Shown: positions 1 to 13,583, counted from the stretch's first letter. The stretch: DNA of 64,000 nucleotides from Octopus vulgaris (GCA_951406725.2 OX597842.1:14136001-14200000), one strand, 5' to 3'. The notes: generated by a model not told the origin, from the sequence alone. Translations and numbers: made by a program.

Positions 1-84
1 ATTGATTTATTTAGTCTTCATTATATGTCTATATATTTATTGATAGAGTAAATTTGAGATCTTAATTATTATATTTATTGATAA

Positions 85-1486
85 CTAGTATTATGACCCG
101 TCGTTGCCGGGTCATAGTGTTAGTGCATGTATAAATGTATATATATATATGTGTACATATAACATGTACATCTATATATATATACATCTACACATAAAAT
201 ACAAAATACAAAATTATATCTTAATATTGCTAGTGATAACAATACTCAAAATATATAACAGACTGGAATTGTAGGCCCGTCTCTTGCAATTTCGATCAAT
301 TGTATCTTATCATCCCTCTTGTGTAGAAGTGTGGCTACAATCCAGCCTACCTCTACTTCTGGGGGGACATTTTAAATTTTTATCCGAACCTGGCTTCTAT
401 TGTGGCGAATTTACCGCCTCTGGTTAGATACTTGATAACTTTCATAGTCGCACCAAGACACTTTTGGTTGGTGCTTTCCTCCAGGTGTTCAGATTCACCG
501 TTTTTGTCGTTGATCAATCCGAAATAGGTTTGTATTTCTTCCATTTTAATTTTAATGAATTCTATCGAAGGCATTTTAACAAAAATGCGTCCGTATAAAC
601 GGTGAAAATATTGTCAAAATTGAATTGTGTCCCCAAACAGGGACACAATTCAATTTTTAAGCAATAACCAAAGTTCCTTCTCCGGTTAAAAAGTATTTAA
701 TAAATGCAACACAACAACGTTTCCCTTTCGAGGAACCAACAAACAGAAGCGGCTGTTCGAGAAAACAGACGTTACATACAGCCAAATTACATATAGATAC
801 TTAATGCTAGCTAATTAGCAGATAAACTAATGTAAAAGCTGCTGTAAAAGGTATGTGGACAGCTCCATCTGGACTATTCCATTTCTGTATACTAATTTTA
901 TATTTAATATATTCCCATTCATATGAAACCACTTATTCAAGTTCAAGTCATTGATCCGATTTTATACCATTTGCTATTTTTACTTTTGTTATGTTACGAT
1001 TTAATACTTTAGTTTGATTTTAATTATTACTTACTACATATAATTCAATTGTTATTATTATCTCTAATTTTTATAGTTAAAGTGAAAGTATCTGACATGA
1101 AATAGAGAATGTTTTTGTTTCACTTTTAACACGTAATACTGAAATAGTGGAGAAGATATGATATTGCTATGGGCTCGCCCTAGGCAAGAAGTTGAACATT
1201 TTTTTTCCCATGAAACTACATGGACCCTAAGAAGGCATGTGAAAAATTTGAATGAAATTGGTTGTGTAGTTCTCAAGTTTTAGGGAATCATAGTGGAGAC
1301 GATATGATATTGCTGTGGGCTCGCCCTATGCAAAAAGTTTAAAATTCCTTTTTCTGATGACACTCCCCGGACCCTAAGTAAAGCATGTGTAAAATTTGAA
1401 TGAAATTGGTTGTGTAGTTCTCAAGTTTTAGGGAAACACACAGACAGACAGACACACACACATTCTCAGTTTTATATATATAGAGA
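85..1486 (-). mobile_element. Probable non-autonomous Helitron/HINE-like element
   Basis: Minus strand begins A|TCTCTATATATATAAAACTGAG followed by (TG)n/(TCTG)n. It ends with a hairpin (TATGACCCG..CGGGTCATA, ~92-116) just before CTAG|T at 85-88. Internal ~140-bp tandem duplication at ~1144-1430. The two ends may belong to separate elements. Confidence 0.55.
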
Positions 1487-2007
1487 TAATTTAGTTATTA
1501 TTCTTAATTATTTGATAATTATTAGATTTGAACTTAAATTTAAAAATATGAATAGTGAATATGTTAAATAATTTGGTAATTAGATATTGACTATAACTGA
1601 GATTCGGATATCCGTTAGTTTATTGTGTTTCTAAAGCCATATTATATTTTAATAGATAAATACATTTTTCTATCTATTTTTTACCTTAAAAGTTAATATT
1701 TAACATAATAAATGTGTTGTATGACATAATCCTAATGGTTAAAGTTTCTAATTTGATAATAAAGCTTTTTATAAGAATAATAATGTTTTTATTTATTTCT
1801 TAAAAAATATTGTTTAAATATATTTGCTTATTTATTTAAATATTATCATTAACCTGAAGATTGACTCAAATTATAATTCGAATTTTTAATTGAATTTAAA
1901 TTCATTGTAATTCGAATTGGGTTATGGCCATGAAACGCTCGTAGTGTTTTTACTAATTTTATTAGATTAAACTTTTTAATACTTGTTGATACTGAAAAAA
2001 TAGTGAT

Positions 2008-2008
2008 G

Positions 2009-2078
<70 letters not shown>
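2008..2078 (+). repeat. (AAT)n microsatellite
   Basis: Pure AAT run. Confidence 0.95.
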
Positions 2079-2080
<2 letters not shown>

Positions 2081-2346
2081 ACAATAAAAAATAAAAATAA
2101 TTATAATAAATTAAAAATGAAAAATTAGTTTAAATTTATAAATTTAAAATTTATAGATATATATTAAAAAATTTAAATAATTTAAATTTTATATTTTATA
2201 TATTTTGTATATTATATTAATTATATTCATTTTTTGTTTTGGTTCATGTTTTTCACTGTCTGATTTGCCTAATAGTGGTTTTATCTCTAACTTAATTTAT
2301 TTTTCTCTTAAATCTAATGTTTCCCTCAAAGTTTGGATTTACTCCC

Positions 2347-2490
<144 letters not shown>

Positions 2491-2519
2491 CATTGATTAT
2501 ATTAAATATTGTTTATCAA

Positions 2520-3078
2520 TATAATATGGCAGTCCTGGTTTAGGATGAATGACGAATATTGCTGTAATTTAGCCCCAGGAGACATCGTCTCCAGCTGGTT
2601 ATACTACACGATCTGCGTCCTCATATTTTTGAACAAGGGAATCTATCAACCCCACTCAGCTCAAAACAATATCTGTGTATCGTGATATACTGGTTATTTC
2701 CTTTCCTCATCACATAATAAACGTTAGCCTAGAGACGGCGCTGCTAAATTCCCGTTCGAAATATATAGTTTTCAAAGTGACAACTAGTCACTGATCTATA
2801 AAGTAGAAAATTACTATTTTTAAATCTTACAACGCGAGATATATTCAGCAACAGTGCTTTTGTGTTTTGAGCTGAGTAGGGTTGCTACCTTAACTTATTC
2901 GACAAATAAGGACACACATCGTGTTGTATAGCCAACTGGAAACGATGTCTTCTGGGGCTAAATTACAGCGACATTCGTCCTAAATTAGGACTGCCGTGTT
3001 ATGTCGGCAAACAAACTTACCACAAAGTACTGTTGCTGAATATCCCACGTTGTGAGATTTAATAATAATAATTTTCTA
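2520..3078. repeat. Two inverted, partly permuted copies of a dispersed repeat
   Basis: ~2528-2625 is the reverse complement of ~2910-2996. ~2805-2863 is the reverse complement of ~3020-3078. Confidence 0.7.
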
Positions 3079-3282
3079 ACATATATACATATGTATACAT
3101 ACGAATGCAAATCATATTTGCACTCATTGTCACATTCTCAATAACACATTTTCGACAGAGATTCAAGAAGAGGTAAAAGCAGGTGAGGGAGATTAAAATG
3201 AAATATGGGAAGACATTAAATATAAAAAATGAAATATTATAAACAACAATGAAATATTATAAACAACACTGATTCAACTTAC

Positions 3283-3354
3283 AGAGATGTTAAACGGGAA
3301 AGATTTCGGAATATTTCTCCTTTCATTTCTTTGATATCATTAAAACTCAAATTC
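3283..3354 (-). CDS. LRR exon (singleton type) NLSFNDIKEMKGEIFRNLSRLTS(L); most 3' LRR exon in the window
   Basis: 72 bp, cag|...|gtaag, phase 2-2, typical LRR consensus. Confidence 0.9.
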
Positions 3355-4326
3355 CTGTCAAATAAAATTGAGTTAATTAGAATTTGTAAGGAACTGATTT
3401 TTGATGAAGTAAAAGAAGGAAAAGAATTCAGGAAAAGCGTGAAATTAGAGGCGTCTGTCTAAAACAATTTTAAAATTTGAAAGAAGATGGAAAAGGAATA
3501 GGAGGCGAATGAAAGGAAGACTGAAAATATGTAGAAGGGTATGTAGGGACGGGGTAGAAGGAAAACAAAGAAAAGAAGAAAGGGGAAAATGAACAGAGAG
3601 AAGAAGAAGAAGCAAAACGCTGAAAGGTCGGCGGGAATCGAGTGTCCGAAAAGTATAAACCGATGAAGTGGGATGAAATCTGGAGGAACTAAAAATAAGA
3701 AGAATGAGTAGAAAATAAAGTAAAAGATGACGGCAGTGAGGCAGAAATAAAATACCTGAATGAATTTAAAGAAGTGAAAGAAAAATTAAAGAAGGAAAAC
3801 AGGAAAATAACTGAAGGAAAGTAAATAGGAGCAGAAGAAAAGGTAGAAGAAAATGCAAAAGAGGCACCAGGAAAAGAATAAAAGGTGGAGATAAAGAAAA
3901 CAAAGAAAGAGATTAAGAAGGAGCTGTCGAAAATGAAGAAGCCGAAGCAGAAGGAGTAAAAGAAAAATAAGATGAAGGAGAGAAATAAGGAGAAGGAGGT
4001 GGAGAAAGAGGAGAAAATGAAACAGAAAACGATATCGAATAAGAGGGAAAAGTATACAAAGAAAACAGAAGAAAATTGATTGAAGAAAAATGTGACGTAG
4101 AAGAAGAAGAAGAAGAAGAAGAAGAAGAAGAAGAAGAAGGAGGAGGAGAAGAAGAAGAAGAAGAAGAAGAATTATTTGGTCGAGAAGAATTTTAGGAAGA
4201 GAAAGATTAATTAGAAAACAAACAGAAAGAAGAAAAGGCGGAAAGAAGAGAAAGAAGGATATAGAGATTATTTACAACGATGATAACGGGAGAGAGGGAG
4301 AAATGTGAAAAGGGTGAAGAGCAAAA

Positions 4327-4382
<56 letters not shown>

Positions 4383-4384
4383 AG

Positions 4385-5140
4385 GGAAATGTGTTTGAAT
4401 TGTTTTCGTGAGAGTTACGAGGCCCTCTTGCGAGAGATACACTGGTCCGTGTAAAGTATAGATAGTAAAGCCCCGAGTGAGTTGAACGTTCAGAGTTCGG
4501 AGTCGAGGGAAGCTCGTATTAGTTCACAGTGAAGTCGTAGGTTGTCGGTTGGTTACTTCACAACGAATATTGATTGTTGGGTCGGAGAGAGATTTCTCAG
4601 TTCGATACATTGTCGTTACTGTTCTCCGCTTAATTATTGTACGTAACAATTACGTTACAAGGTCTGGCGACGAGAGCTTCGAACATCACGTGGGTTATTT
4701 AACAATTTGTTGGTGATATAACGTGTTAAATAATGGGAGACCGACTAGCTTACACAGTACAGTTTCTAAACCAGAGTAGCAGCATCATGAGTTGCAGAAG
4801 CAACAACAACTATCACAACAACAATTATAGGAGCTATAATAGGAGCCAAAGAAATCGAAAAATTAGCTAAGTTTGTTTTAGCCAGACCGCATTTCGAACT
4901 CGGTTAATGAATTCAGTTATAATTCAGAGGATAGGATAACATTTACTACTACTGAGGGCACAAGGAGATGGTTAAGCAAGATAACAAATCATGCTGAGAC
5001 GAACAAGTGAGATTTTTATTGGGAAAATTATCTCCGTTAAAGCATGAACATTAACGTAATTTCATATTACCCAAAAAGGCAAATGAGATTTGTTCTGAAG
5101 AAACAATAGATTTACTCTCGAACATATTAAAGCTCCCCTA
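4385..5140 (+). mobile_element. Gypsy-like LTR retrotransposon remnant (LTR-like segment, PBS, decayed gag)
   Basis: PBS-like TGGCGACGAG at ~4666, then decayed gag-like LLGKLSPLKHEH*RNFILPKKANEICSEETIDLLSNI. The gag fragment recurs at ~21355-21570, 34615-34830, 46535-46750 and 56080-56300. Confidence 0.55.
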
Positions 5141-5597
5141 TTTAACACTTAGATGGAATTTTGGAATATAACGAAAAAAACGAATGAAGATTTTTTGACA
5201 TACGGAGGATCAGTCAACATGACGTGAAAGTTTTTAAATTGCACCTGAGAGGTAAAGCAGTGGAGAAGGATATAGGGTTGTTGTCTTGATGACGAAGAAA
5301 TTACGATGAGGAGTAGCAGGAGGAGAAGGGGAGGAGAGTGGAAACGAAGAAGGAGGTGAAAAAGAAGACGAAGAAGGGGTAAAAGAAGGAAAAAGAAGAA
5401 AAGGTGGAAGGAAAAGAAGACAAAGAAAGGAAAATAGAAAAAGAAGTAGAATAAAAGAAGGGAATACAAAGGAGAAAAAGAAAAGAAGGAAGAGAAGAAA
5501 GGCAGAACACAAAGAGGAAGAGATGGAAGAGGAAGAAGAAGAAGTAACAAAAGAAGTAGAAGAAGAAGAAGAAGAAGAAGAAGATTAAGAAGAAGAT

Positions 5598-5628
<31 letters not shown>

Positions 5629-6161
5629 AAGAAGAAGAAGAAGAAGAAGAAGAAGATGAAGTAGAGGAGGAAGAATGATGGTAATTAGTGGCTATGGCGA
5701 CGGAAGCACCGTACATGATATACACGCCGAAATATTCATACATTTTGATACGCTCCCTTCCACACATCCATACACATTCACACAGACATATATGTATGCA
5801 AAAATAAGTTTCCTCTAACATTTTCCCACCAATTGCTACACACTCATAAATCCGAAAACTCATAAATATGCCCTCACTCATATTCACAAACGTTGGCAAA
5901 CATTACCTTGCCCTTTGGACAGACAATGGTTGTAGACATACACAGAAACATACACATTCATTCACTAAATTGTTCCCCGCAAGTATCACTCAGTCATATG
6001 TACCATATCAAGAAACGGGCCCACACTCACAGATTGATATACATGATAACACATCTTTGGAAAGACGGGTGAGGTTGCTTCAAATGAAGTATTGGAAGAC
6101 ATTACATTTATAGAAATATATCGTCAATGTCATAATAAAAATAAACACTGATTCAACTTAC

Positions 6162-6233
6162 AGACTTGTTAAACTGGACAGATTTCGGAAGGTGTCTGGT
6201 TTGAGTTCTTTGATACCATTAGAACTCAAAGAT
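6162..6233 (-). CDS. LRR exon family A: SLSSNGIKELKPDTFRNLSSLTS(L)
   Basis: 72 bp, ccag|...|gtaag, phase 2-2. Confidence 0.9.
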
Positions 6234-6562
6234 CTGGAACATAAAATTCACTTAAGAAGGAATTGTATAGAACATTTTGGCTAAAAAATAAGGATTTCGG
6301 AAGTTATGTAAAGTAGAACACGATGATAATTAGTTTCATGATGATGATGGTGATGATAATGTTGATAATGCTGCTGTTGATGATGATGATGATGATGATG
6401 ATAATGTTGATGATAATGATGATGATAATGATAATGATGAAGGGGAAGTTGAGGAGGATAAACGTGGTGGTAGAACTGGTGGAAGATGTGATGGTCCTAG
6501 TAATGAATAAGATGATGAAACAGAAGATATGAATATTTGGTTGTAGGTTTGATGACGATGTT

Positions 6563-6593
<31 letters not shown>

Positions 6594-6687
6594 TTATAAT
6601 ATTGATAATAATAATAATAATAATAATAATAGTAATAACAATAATAATAATAATAATAATAATGATAATAATAATGATAATAATAAC

Positions 6688-6728
<41 letters not shown>

Positions 6729-6762
6729 TAATAATAATAATGATAATAATGATAATAATAAC

Positions 6763-6805
<43 letters not shown>

Positions 6806-6952
6806 TTTACAGACTCAAAAATCTATTTCTATCGAAAAAGTGTGATAATATTGAGCAAGGCAAGGTCGGGACGTGATATAAAATGGGAATATTTCAAATG
6901 TTTAGTAATATATTGTCAGTGAAATTTTATCAACAAGACTTTTGCAACTTAC

Positions 6953-7024
6953 AGATATGTTAACCTGGTCAGATCATCGAACGTCCCTAATTCAATTTTG
7001 TCGATATTATTTCCATTCAAATAT
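6953..7024 (-). CDS. LRR exon family B: YLNGNNIDKIELGTFDDLTRLTY(L)
   Basis: 72 bp, acag|...|gtaag, phase 2-2. Confidence 0.9.
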
Positions 7025-7966
7025 CTGTAAAATAAAAGTTTGGCTGATAAGGTAAAGTAGGGATGAGTATTATTGTAAAATATTATTATCCACGAAATGT
7101 CTGTAAAATACAATTTTAGATGATTAGAAAATGTATAGATGTGTTTTATGATTGAATGTAAAATATTATTGTTGAACAATTACTATTTTGTGGAGCAGGA
7201 AACTAGAATGGAGATGATGTTAATCTTGAGAATGCCAGGATGAGGAAGCGGCGGAACAGAGCGGGAGTGGAAATTAAAAGGCGAGTAATAAATAGAAGAA
7301 AGAATCATAATAATAATAATAATAATAATAATAAAAGGAAGAAAAAGAAAAAGAAGAAGAAGAAGATAAAGAAAAAGGAGAAGTAGAAGAAGAAGAATAA
7401 GGAGATGAGGGAGAAGAAGAAGAAGGAGAAGAAGGAGAAAGAGAAGATGAAATAGATGTGGAAGGAGAAGAAGAGTCGATGACAGTAATTAGTGGCTATG
7501 GCGACGGAAGCACTGTACATGATATACACGCCGAAATATACATACATTTTGATACACTCCCTTCCACACATCTATACACATTCACACAGTCATATAGGTA
7601 TGCAAAAATAAGTTCCCACTAACATTTTCCCATCAATTGCAACACACTCATAAATCCGAAAACTCATAGATATGTCCTCACTCATATTCACAAACGTTGG
7701 CAAACAATACCTTGCCCTTCGGACAGACAATGGTTGTAGACATACACAGAAACATACACATTCATTCACTAAATTGTTCCCCGCAAGTATCACTCAGTCA
7801 TATGTACCATATCAAGGAAACGGGCCCACACTCACAGATTGATATACATGATAACACATCTTTGGAAAGACGGGTGAGGTTGCTTAAAATGAAGTATTGG
7901 AAGACATTACATTTATAGAAATATATCGTCAATGTCATAATAAAAATAAACACTGATTCAACTTAC

Positions 7967-8038
7967 AGACTTGTTAAACTGGACAGATTTCGGAAGGTGT
8001 CTGGTTTTATTTCTATGATATCATTAGAACTCAAAAAT
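7967..8038 (-). CDS. LRR exon family A: FLSSNDIIEIKPDTFRNLSSLTS(L)
   Basis: 72 bp, intact AG/GT, phase 2-2. Confidence 0.9.
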
Positions 8039-8207
8039 CTGGAACATAAAATTCAGTTAAGAAGGAATTGTATAGAACATTTTGGCTAAAAAATAAGATA
8101 TCGGAAGTTATGTAAAGTAGAACACGATGATAATTAGTTTCATGATGATGATGGTGATGATAATATTGATAGTGCTGCTGTTTATGATGAGGATAATGAT
8201 GATGATA

Positions 8208-8248
<41 letters not shown>

Positions 8249-8375
8249 GTGGAAGTTGAGGAGGATAAACGAGGTGGTAGAACTGGCGGAAGATGTGATA
8301 TTCCTAGTAATGAATAAGATGATGAAACAGAAGAGATGAATATTTGGTTGTAGGTTTGATGACGAGGTTATAATG

Positions 8376-8418
<43 letters not shown>

Positions 8419-8441
8419 TAATAATAATAATAAGAATAATA

Positions 8442-8472
<31 letters not shown>

Positions 8473-8668
8473 TAATAATGATAATAATAATAATAATAAC
8501 AGTAATAATAATAATAATATTTACAGACACAAAAATATCCTATATCTATCGAAATAGAGTGATAATAATGTGGAAGGTAAGGTCGGGACGTGATATAAAA
8601 TGAGACATTTTAAATGTGTAATAATATCTTGTCAGTAAAATATTTTCAAAATGACTTTTGCAACTTAC

Positions 8669-8740
8669 AGATATGTTAACCTGGTCAGATACTCGAATGT
8701 CCCTGATTCAATTTTGTCGATATTATTTCCATTCAAGTAT
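8669..8740 (-). CDS. LRR exon family B: YLNGNNIDKIESGTFEYLTRLTY(L)
   Basis: 72 bp, intact AG/GT, phase 2-2. Confidence 0.9.
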
Positions 8741-10074
8741 CTGAAACATAAAAGTTTGCCTGATAAGGTAACAGAGGGATGAGTTATATAGTAAAATATC
8801 ATTATTACGAAATGTTATTATCCAGGATATGATGCTGATAAAATAGAAAAGAAAAGAAGGAAATTCCAAAAACTTAATGCGAATTAATTTGAAATGTCGA
8901 ACTGAAAGATGATTGTAGTTTGTAAGGAAATGATGAAGGAGGAGGAGTATAAAAAGAAAATGAAAAGGAATCAAAATGAGTAGAACAAGAAGAATAAGAT
9001 TACAATAATGAAGAAGCAGGAAGAGTCTTGGAGAATTGAAAGACGTGAAAGTAAAATGAAATAAAGGAAAAGCTTGAAAATAAAAGGCGATTAATAAATA
9101 GAAAAAATAGAAAATTAATGATGGTGATGATAATAATAATAATAATAATAATGATAATAATATTAATGATAATAATAATAATAAAAATGACAAGAAGGAG
9201 TAGAAGAAGAAGAAGAAGAAAAAGAAGAAGAAAAAAAAGCAGTAATAGTAGTAGTAGGAGTAGTAGGAGGAGGAGGAGGATGAGGAGAAGGAGCAGGGGA
9301 AAGAAAAGATGGGGGAGAAGAGAAGAAGGAGAATACGGAAAGAAGGCAATGTTTTACATGAATGTAGACAAAAAAATTCGAATAAGACGAAAAAGAAGAC
9401 GAAGAAGAATAATAGATGTAGAAAAGAAGAAGGAAAGGAAGAAGAAAAAGGAGAATGGGAGGGGGAAGGGGAGAGTTGAACTAGCAGGTGAAGGAGGCAG
9501 AGGAGGAGAGTGAGCAGGAGACGAAGATATGAGAGAAGAAGAGAAAGAAGAAGAAGAAGGAGAAGAAGAAAAAGAAGAAGACGAAGAAGAATTGGAAGAA
9601 GAAAAGGAAGAAGAATTGGAAAAAAAAAGAAAGGGAATGTCCAGAGATAAAGAGACACAATTCACAAACACAGAAGATTAAGAAAGATTTCAGTAGAGAT
9701 TGAGATGCAGAAGGTGGGGAGTGTGGAGAGGAAATTGGTAAATATCATAAATCAAGGAGGGACTGAAGGGGAATGAGAGGTAAGGGTAGAATAAATAAAG
9801 AAGAATAATACGAAGAGAAAGAAAAATCATAGAAAAGAATAGTAGCAGTAGTAGTAGTAGTAGTAGTGTTGGTAGTAGTAGTTGTAGTAGTAGTAGTAGT
9901 ATTAGTAGTAGTTGTGGCAGTGGTGTGGTGGTGGTGGTGGTAGTAGTAGTAGTAGCAGTTCTAGTAGTAGGAGTAGTAGTAGTAGTAGTGGTGATGTTGG
10001 TGGTTGTGGTTGTGGTGGTGGTGGTGGTGGTGTTGACCGTGGTGCTGCTACGGCTGGAGGTGATGGTGGTGGGG

Positions 10075-10137
<63 letters not shown>

Positions 10138-10427
10138 ACAGCAACATCAGTAGTAGTAGAGGAAGGCAAAGATGGAGTCGCAGAATTCGTTGGATTGGTT
10201 AAAGAGAACAAAGAAGGTTGGATGTAACACAAAATAATATACATGCCAACACTCAGATTCGAACACACACTGACACACATATTTACACACACACACACAC
10301 ACAATCAGACGAGAATTGAGAAAACAGATGGGGTATAAGGACATGGTGAGAATATGAATGGAAAGTTCTTGAATATTTAGGAGTGCATTGTCAATGAAAT
10401 ATTATGAACCTGGCTTATTCAACTTAC

Positions 10428-10499
10428 AGATATCTTAAACGTGGTAGGTCATGGAAAGCTCTTATTTCAATTTTTTCGATATCATTATTATCCAAACGT
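10428..10499 (-). CDS. LRR exon family C: RLDNNDIEKIEIRAFHDLPRLRY(L)
   Basis: 72 bp, intact AG/GT, phase 2-2. Confidence 0.9.
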
Positions 10500-10784
10500 C
10501 TGTAACAAAAGAAGTAGAAGATTAAAAAGAAGGGAAACAACTCAAAATGCAAAAGAGAGCAAAAGGCGTAGAAGTGAGAAGTAAAAAGCAAAAACAGAAA
10601 TGCTAGAAGTAGAATGGAATGAAGTCGCAGCAGAGAACGACGAATATGAAGACTAAAGTGAAAAACTTCAGTAATGGTGAAGAAATTAAATGGAGAAACA
10701 GTTCAGAATGAAGGGGGTCGGGGGAAGATATTACATATTAAGAAATATGTAACGAAATGTTATAAGAAGAATGATTCTGCTTAC

Positions 10785-10856
10785 AGATATGTTAGACTGG
10801 ACAGATTACTGAAGACGCCTTCTTTGATTTCTTTCATATGATTATCACTCAAGAGT
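10785..10856 (-). CDS. LRR exon family D: LLSDNHMKEIKEGVFSNLSSLTY(L)
   Basis: 72 bp, intact AG/GT, phase 2-2. Confidence 0.9.
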
Positions 10857-11061
10857 CTGAAACATAAAACTGAGCTGATGAGCAAATGTATAGGATATAT
10901 TTGTGACAGAATTTGTCTGAGGAATTATATGATGAAAGCAAAAGATTTCAGATCACGATGATGAACAATTCTACGAATTTCGTGTCACTGATGATGATAC
11001 TAGTGATGAAAATGTTGATGATTACCAATGAAATATTATCATAAAGACGCATTCTACTTAC

Positions 11062-11133
11062 AGATTAGTTAATCTGGGAAGGTCATAGAAGGCTCTTACT
11101 TCAATCTCTCTGATTTCATTATTTTGCAAATTT
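11062..11133 (-). CDS. LRR exon family E: NLQNNEIREIEVRAFYDLPRLTN(L)
   Basis: 72 bp, intact AG/GT, phase 2-2. Confidence 0.9.
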
Positions 11134-11532
11134 CTGTAACATGGATAATTGAAAGTATAAGACAAGTGTAGAAATTTGGTGGTTGTGTTGGTGGTGGTGG
11201 TGGTGGTAGTAGTAGTAATAGTGGTGTTGGTGTTTATGGTTGTGGTGGTGGTGGTGGTTGTAGTAGTATTAGTAGTGGTGTTGTTGGATGTAGTGGTGGT
11301 GGTATTGATCGTGGTGCTGCTACGGCTGGAGGTGATGGTGGTGGGAGTAGTAGTAGGAATAGTGGTAGTAGTAGTAACAGTAACATCAGTAGTAGTAGAG
11401 GAAGTCAAAGATGGAGTCGCAGAATTCGTTGGATTGGTTAAAGAGAACAAACAAGGTTGGATGTAACACAAAATAATATACATGCCAACACTCAGATTCG
11501 AACTCACACTGACACACATATTTACACACACA

Positions 11533-11567
<35 letters not shown>

Positions 11568-11698
11568 ACACACAATCAGACGAGAATTGAGAAAACAGAT
11601 GGGGTATAAGGACATGGTGAGAATATGAATGGAAAGATCTTGAATATTTAGGAGTGTATTGTCAATGAAATATTATGAACGTGGCTTATTCAACTTAC

Positions 11699-11770
11699 AG
11701 ATCTCTTAAACTTGGTAGGTCATGGAAAGCTCTTATTTCAATTTTTTCGATATCATTATTTTCTAAATAT
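11699..11770 (-). CDS. LRR exon family C: YLENNDIEKIEIRAFHDLPSLRD(L)
   Basis: 72 bp, intact AG/GT, phase 2-2. Confidence 0.9.
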
Positions 11771-12056
11771 CTGTTAAAAAAGAAGCAGAGGATTAAAAAG
11801 AAGGGAAAATAATTCAAAATGCAAAAGAGAGCAAAAGGCCTAGAAGTGAGAAGTAAAAAGCAAAAACAGAAGTGCTAGAAGTAGAATGGAATGAAGTCGC
11901 AGCAGAGAACGAAGAATAAGAAGACTAAAGTGAAAAACTTCAGTAATGGTGAAGAAATTAAGAGGAGAAAGAGTTCAGAATGAAGTGGGTGAGGGAAGAT
12001 ATTACATATTTAGAAACATGTAACGAAAGGTTATAAGAAAGAATGATTCTGCTTAC

Positions 12057-12128
12057 AGAGATGTTAGACTGGACAGATTACGGAAGACGCCTTCTTTGAT
12101 TTCTTTCATATGATTATCGCTCAAGTAT
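12057..12128 (-). CDS. LRR exon family D: YLSDNHMKEIKEGVFRNLSSLTS(L)
   Basis: 72 bp, intact AG/GT, phase 2-2. Confidence 0.9.
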
Positions 12129-12333
12129 CTGAAACATAAAACTGAGCTGATGAGCAAATGCATAGGATATATTTGTGATAGAATTTGTCTGAGCAATTAT
12201 ATGATGAAAGCAAAAGATTTCAGATCACGATGATGAACAATTCTACGAATTTCGTGTCACTGATGATGATACTAGTGATGAAAATGTTGATGATTACCAA
12301 TGAAATATTATCATCAAGACGCATTCTACTTAC

Positions 12334-12405
12334 AGATATGTCAAACTGGGAAGGTCATGGAAGGCTCTTACTTCAATCTCACTGATTTCATTATTTTGCA
12401 AATAT
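12334..12405 (-). CDS. LRR exon family E: YLQNNEISEIEVRAFHDLPSLTY(L)
   Basis: 72 bp, intact AG/GT, phase 2-2. Confidence 0.9.
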
Positions 12406-12790
12406 CTGTAACATGAAGAATTGAAAGTATAAGACAAGTGTAGAAATTTGGTGGTTGTGTTGGTGGTGGTGGTGGTGGTAGTAGTAGTAATAGTGGTGTT
12501 GGTGTTTATGGTTGTGGTGGTGGTGGTAGTTGTAGTAGTATTAGTAGTGGTGTTGGTGGATGTAGTGGTGGTGGTATTGATCGTGGTGCTGCAACGGCTG
12601 GAGGTGATGGTGGTGGGAGTAGTAGTAGGAATAGTGGTAGTAATAGTAACAGTAACGTCAGTAGTAGTAGAGGAAGTCAAAAATGGAGTCGCAGATTCGT
12701 TGGATTGGTTAAAGAGAACAAACAAGGTTGGATGTAACACAAAATATTATACATGCCAACACTCAGATTCGAACTCACACTGACACACAT

Positions 12791-12848
<58 letters not shown>

Positions 12849-12979
12849 ACACACAATCAGACGAGAATTGAGAAAACAGATGAGGTATAAGGACGGGGTG
12901 CGAATATGAATGAAAAGCACTTGAATATTTAGGAGTGTATTGTCAATGAAATATAATGAACGTGTCTTATTCAACTATC

Positions 12980-13051
12980 AGATGGCTTAAACTTGGTAGG
13001 TCATGGAAAGCTCTTATTTCAATTTTTTCGATATCATTATTTTGCAAATAT
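12980..13051 (-). pseudogene. LRR pseudo-exon family C: YLQNNDIEKIEIRAFHDLPSLSH; donor mutated
   Basis: Open 72-bp frame, but the donor reads GATAG instead of GTAAG. Small deletion upstream of the acceptor. Confidence 0.8.
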
Positions 13052-13306
13052 CTGAAAAGAACTCAAAATGCAAAAGAGAGCAAAAGGCGTAGAAGTGAGA
13101 AGTAAAAAGCAAAAACAGAAATGCTAGAAGTAGAATGGAATGAAGTCGCAGCAGAGAACGAAGAATATGAAGACTAAAGTGAAAAACTTCAGTAATAGTG
13201 AAGAAATTAAGAGGAGAAAGAGTTCAGAATGAAGGGAGTCGGGGGAAGATATTACATATTTAGAAATATGTAACGAAATGTTATAAGAAAGAATGATTCT
13301 GCTTAC

Positions 13307-13378
13307 AGATATGTTAGACTGGACAGATTACGGAAGACGCCTTCTTTGATTTCTTTCATATCATTATAACTCAGGTCT
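13307..13378 (-). CDS. LRR exon family D: DLSYNDMKEIKEGVFRNLSSLTY(L)
   Basis: 72 bp, intact AG/GT, phase 2-2. Confidence 0.9.
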
Positions 13379-13583
13379 CTGAAACATAAAACTGAGATGA
13401 TGAGGAAATGTATAGGATATATTTGTGACAGAATTTGTCTGAGGAATTATATGATGAAAGCAAAAGATTTCAGATCACGATGATGAACAATTCTACGAAT
13501 TTCGTGTCACTGATGATGATACTAGTGATGAAAATGTTGATGATTACCAATGAAATATTATCATAAAGACGCATTCTACTTAC

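Noticed and set aside
820-885. Possible short terminal exon (phase 2: NGIVQMELSTYLLQQLLH*) after a minus-strand CAG
   Set aside because: No LRRCT cysteines or TM segment, lies within the putative Helitron, and cannot be supported without transcripts.
9840-10210. Thr-rich minus-strand ORFs (also ~11180-11450, 12450-12700, 43130-43500, 44880-45120) resembling a mucin or VLR-like stalk
   Set aside because: They are (ACT/ACC)n microsatellites of variable length with no convincing in-frame acceptor/donor pair; most likely intronic.
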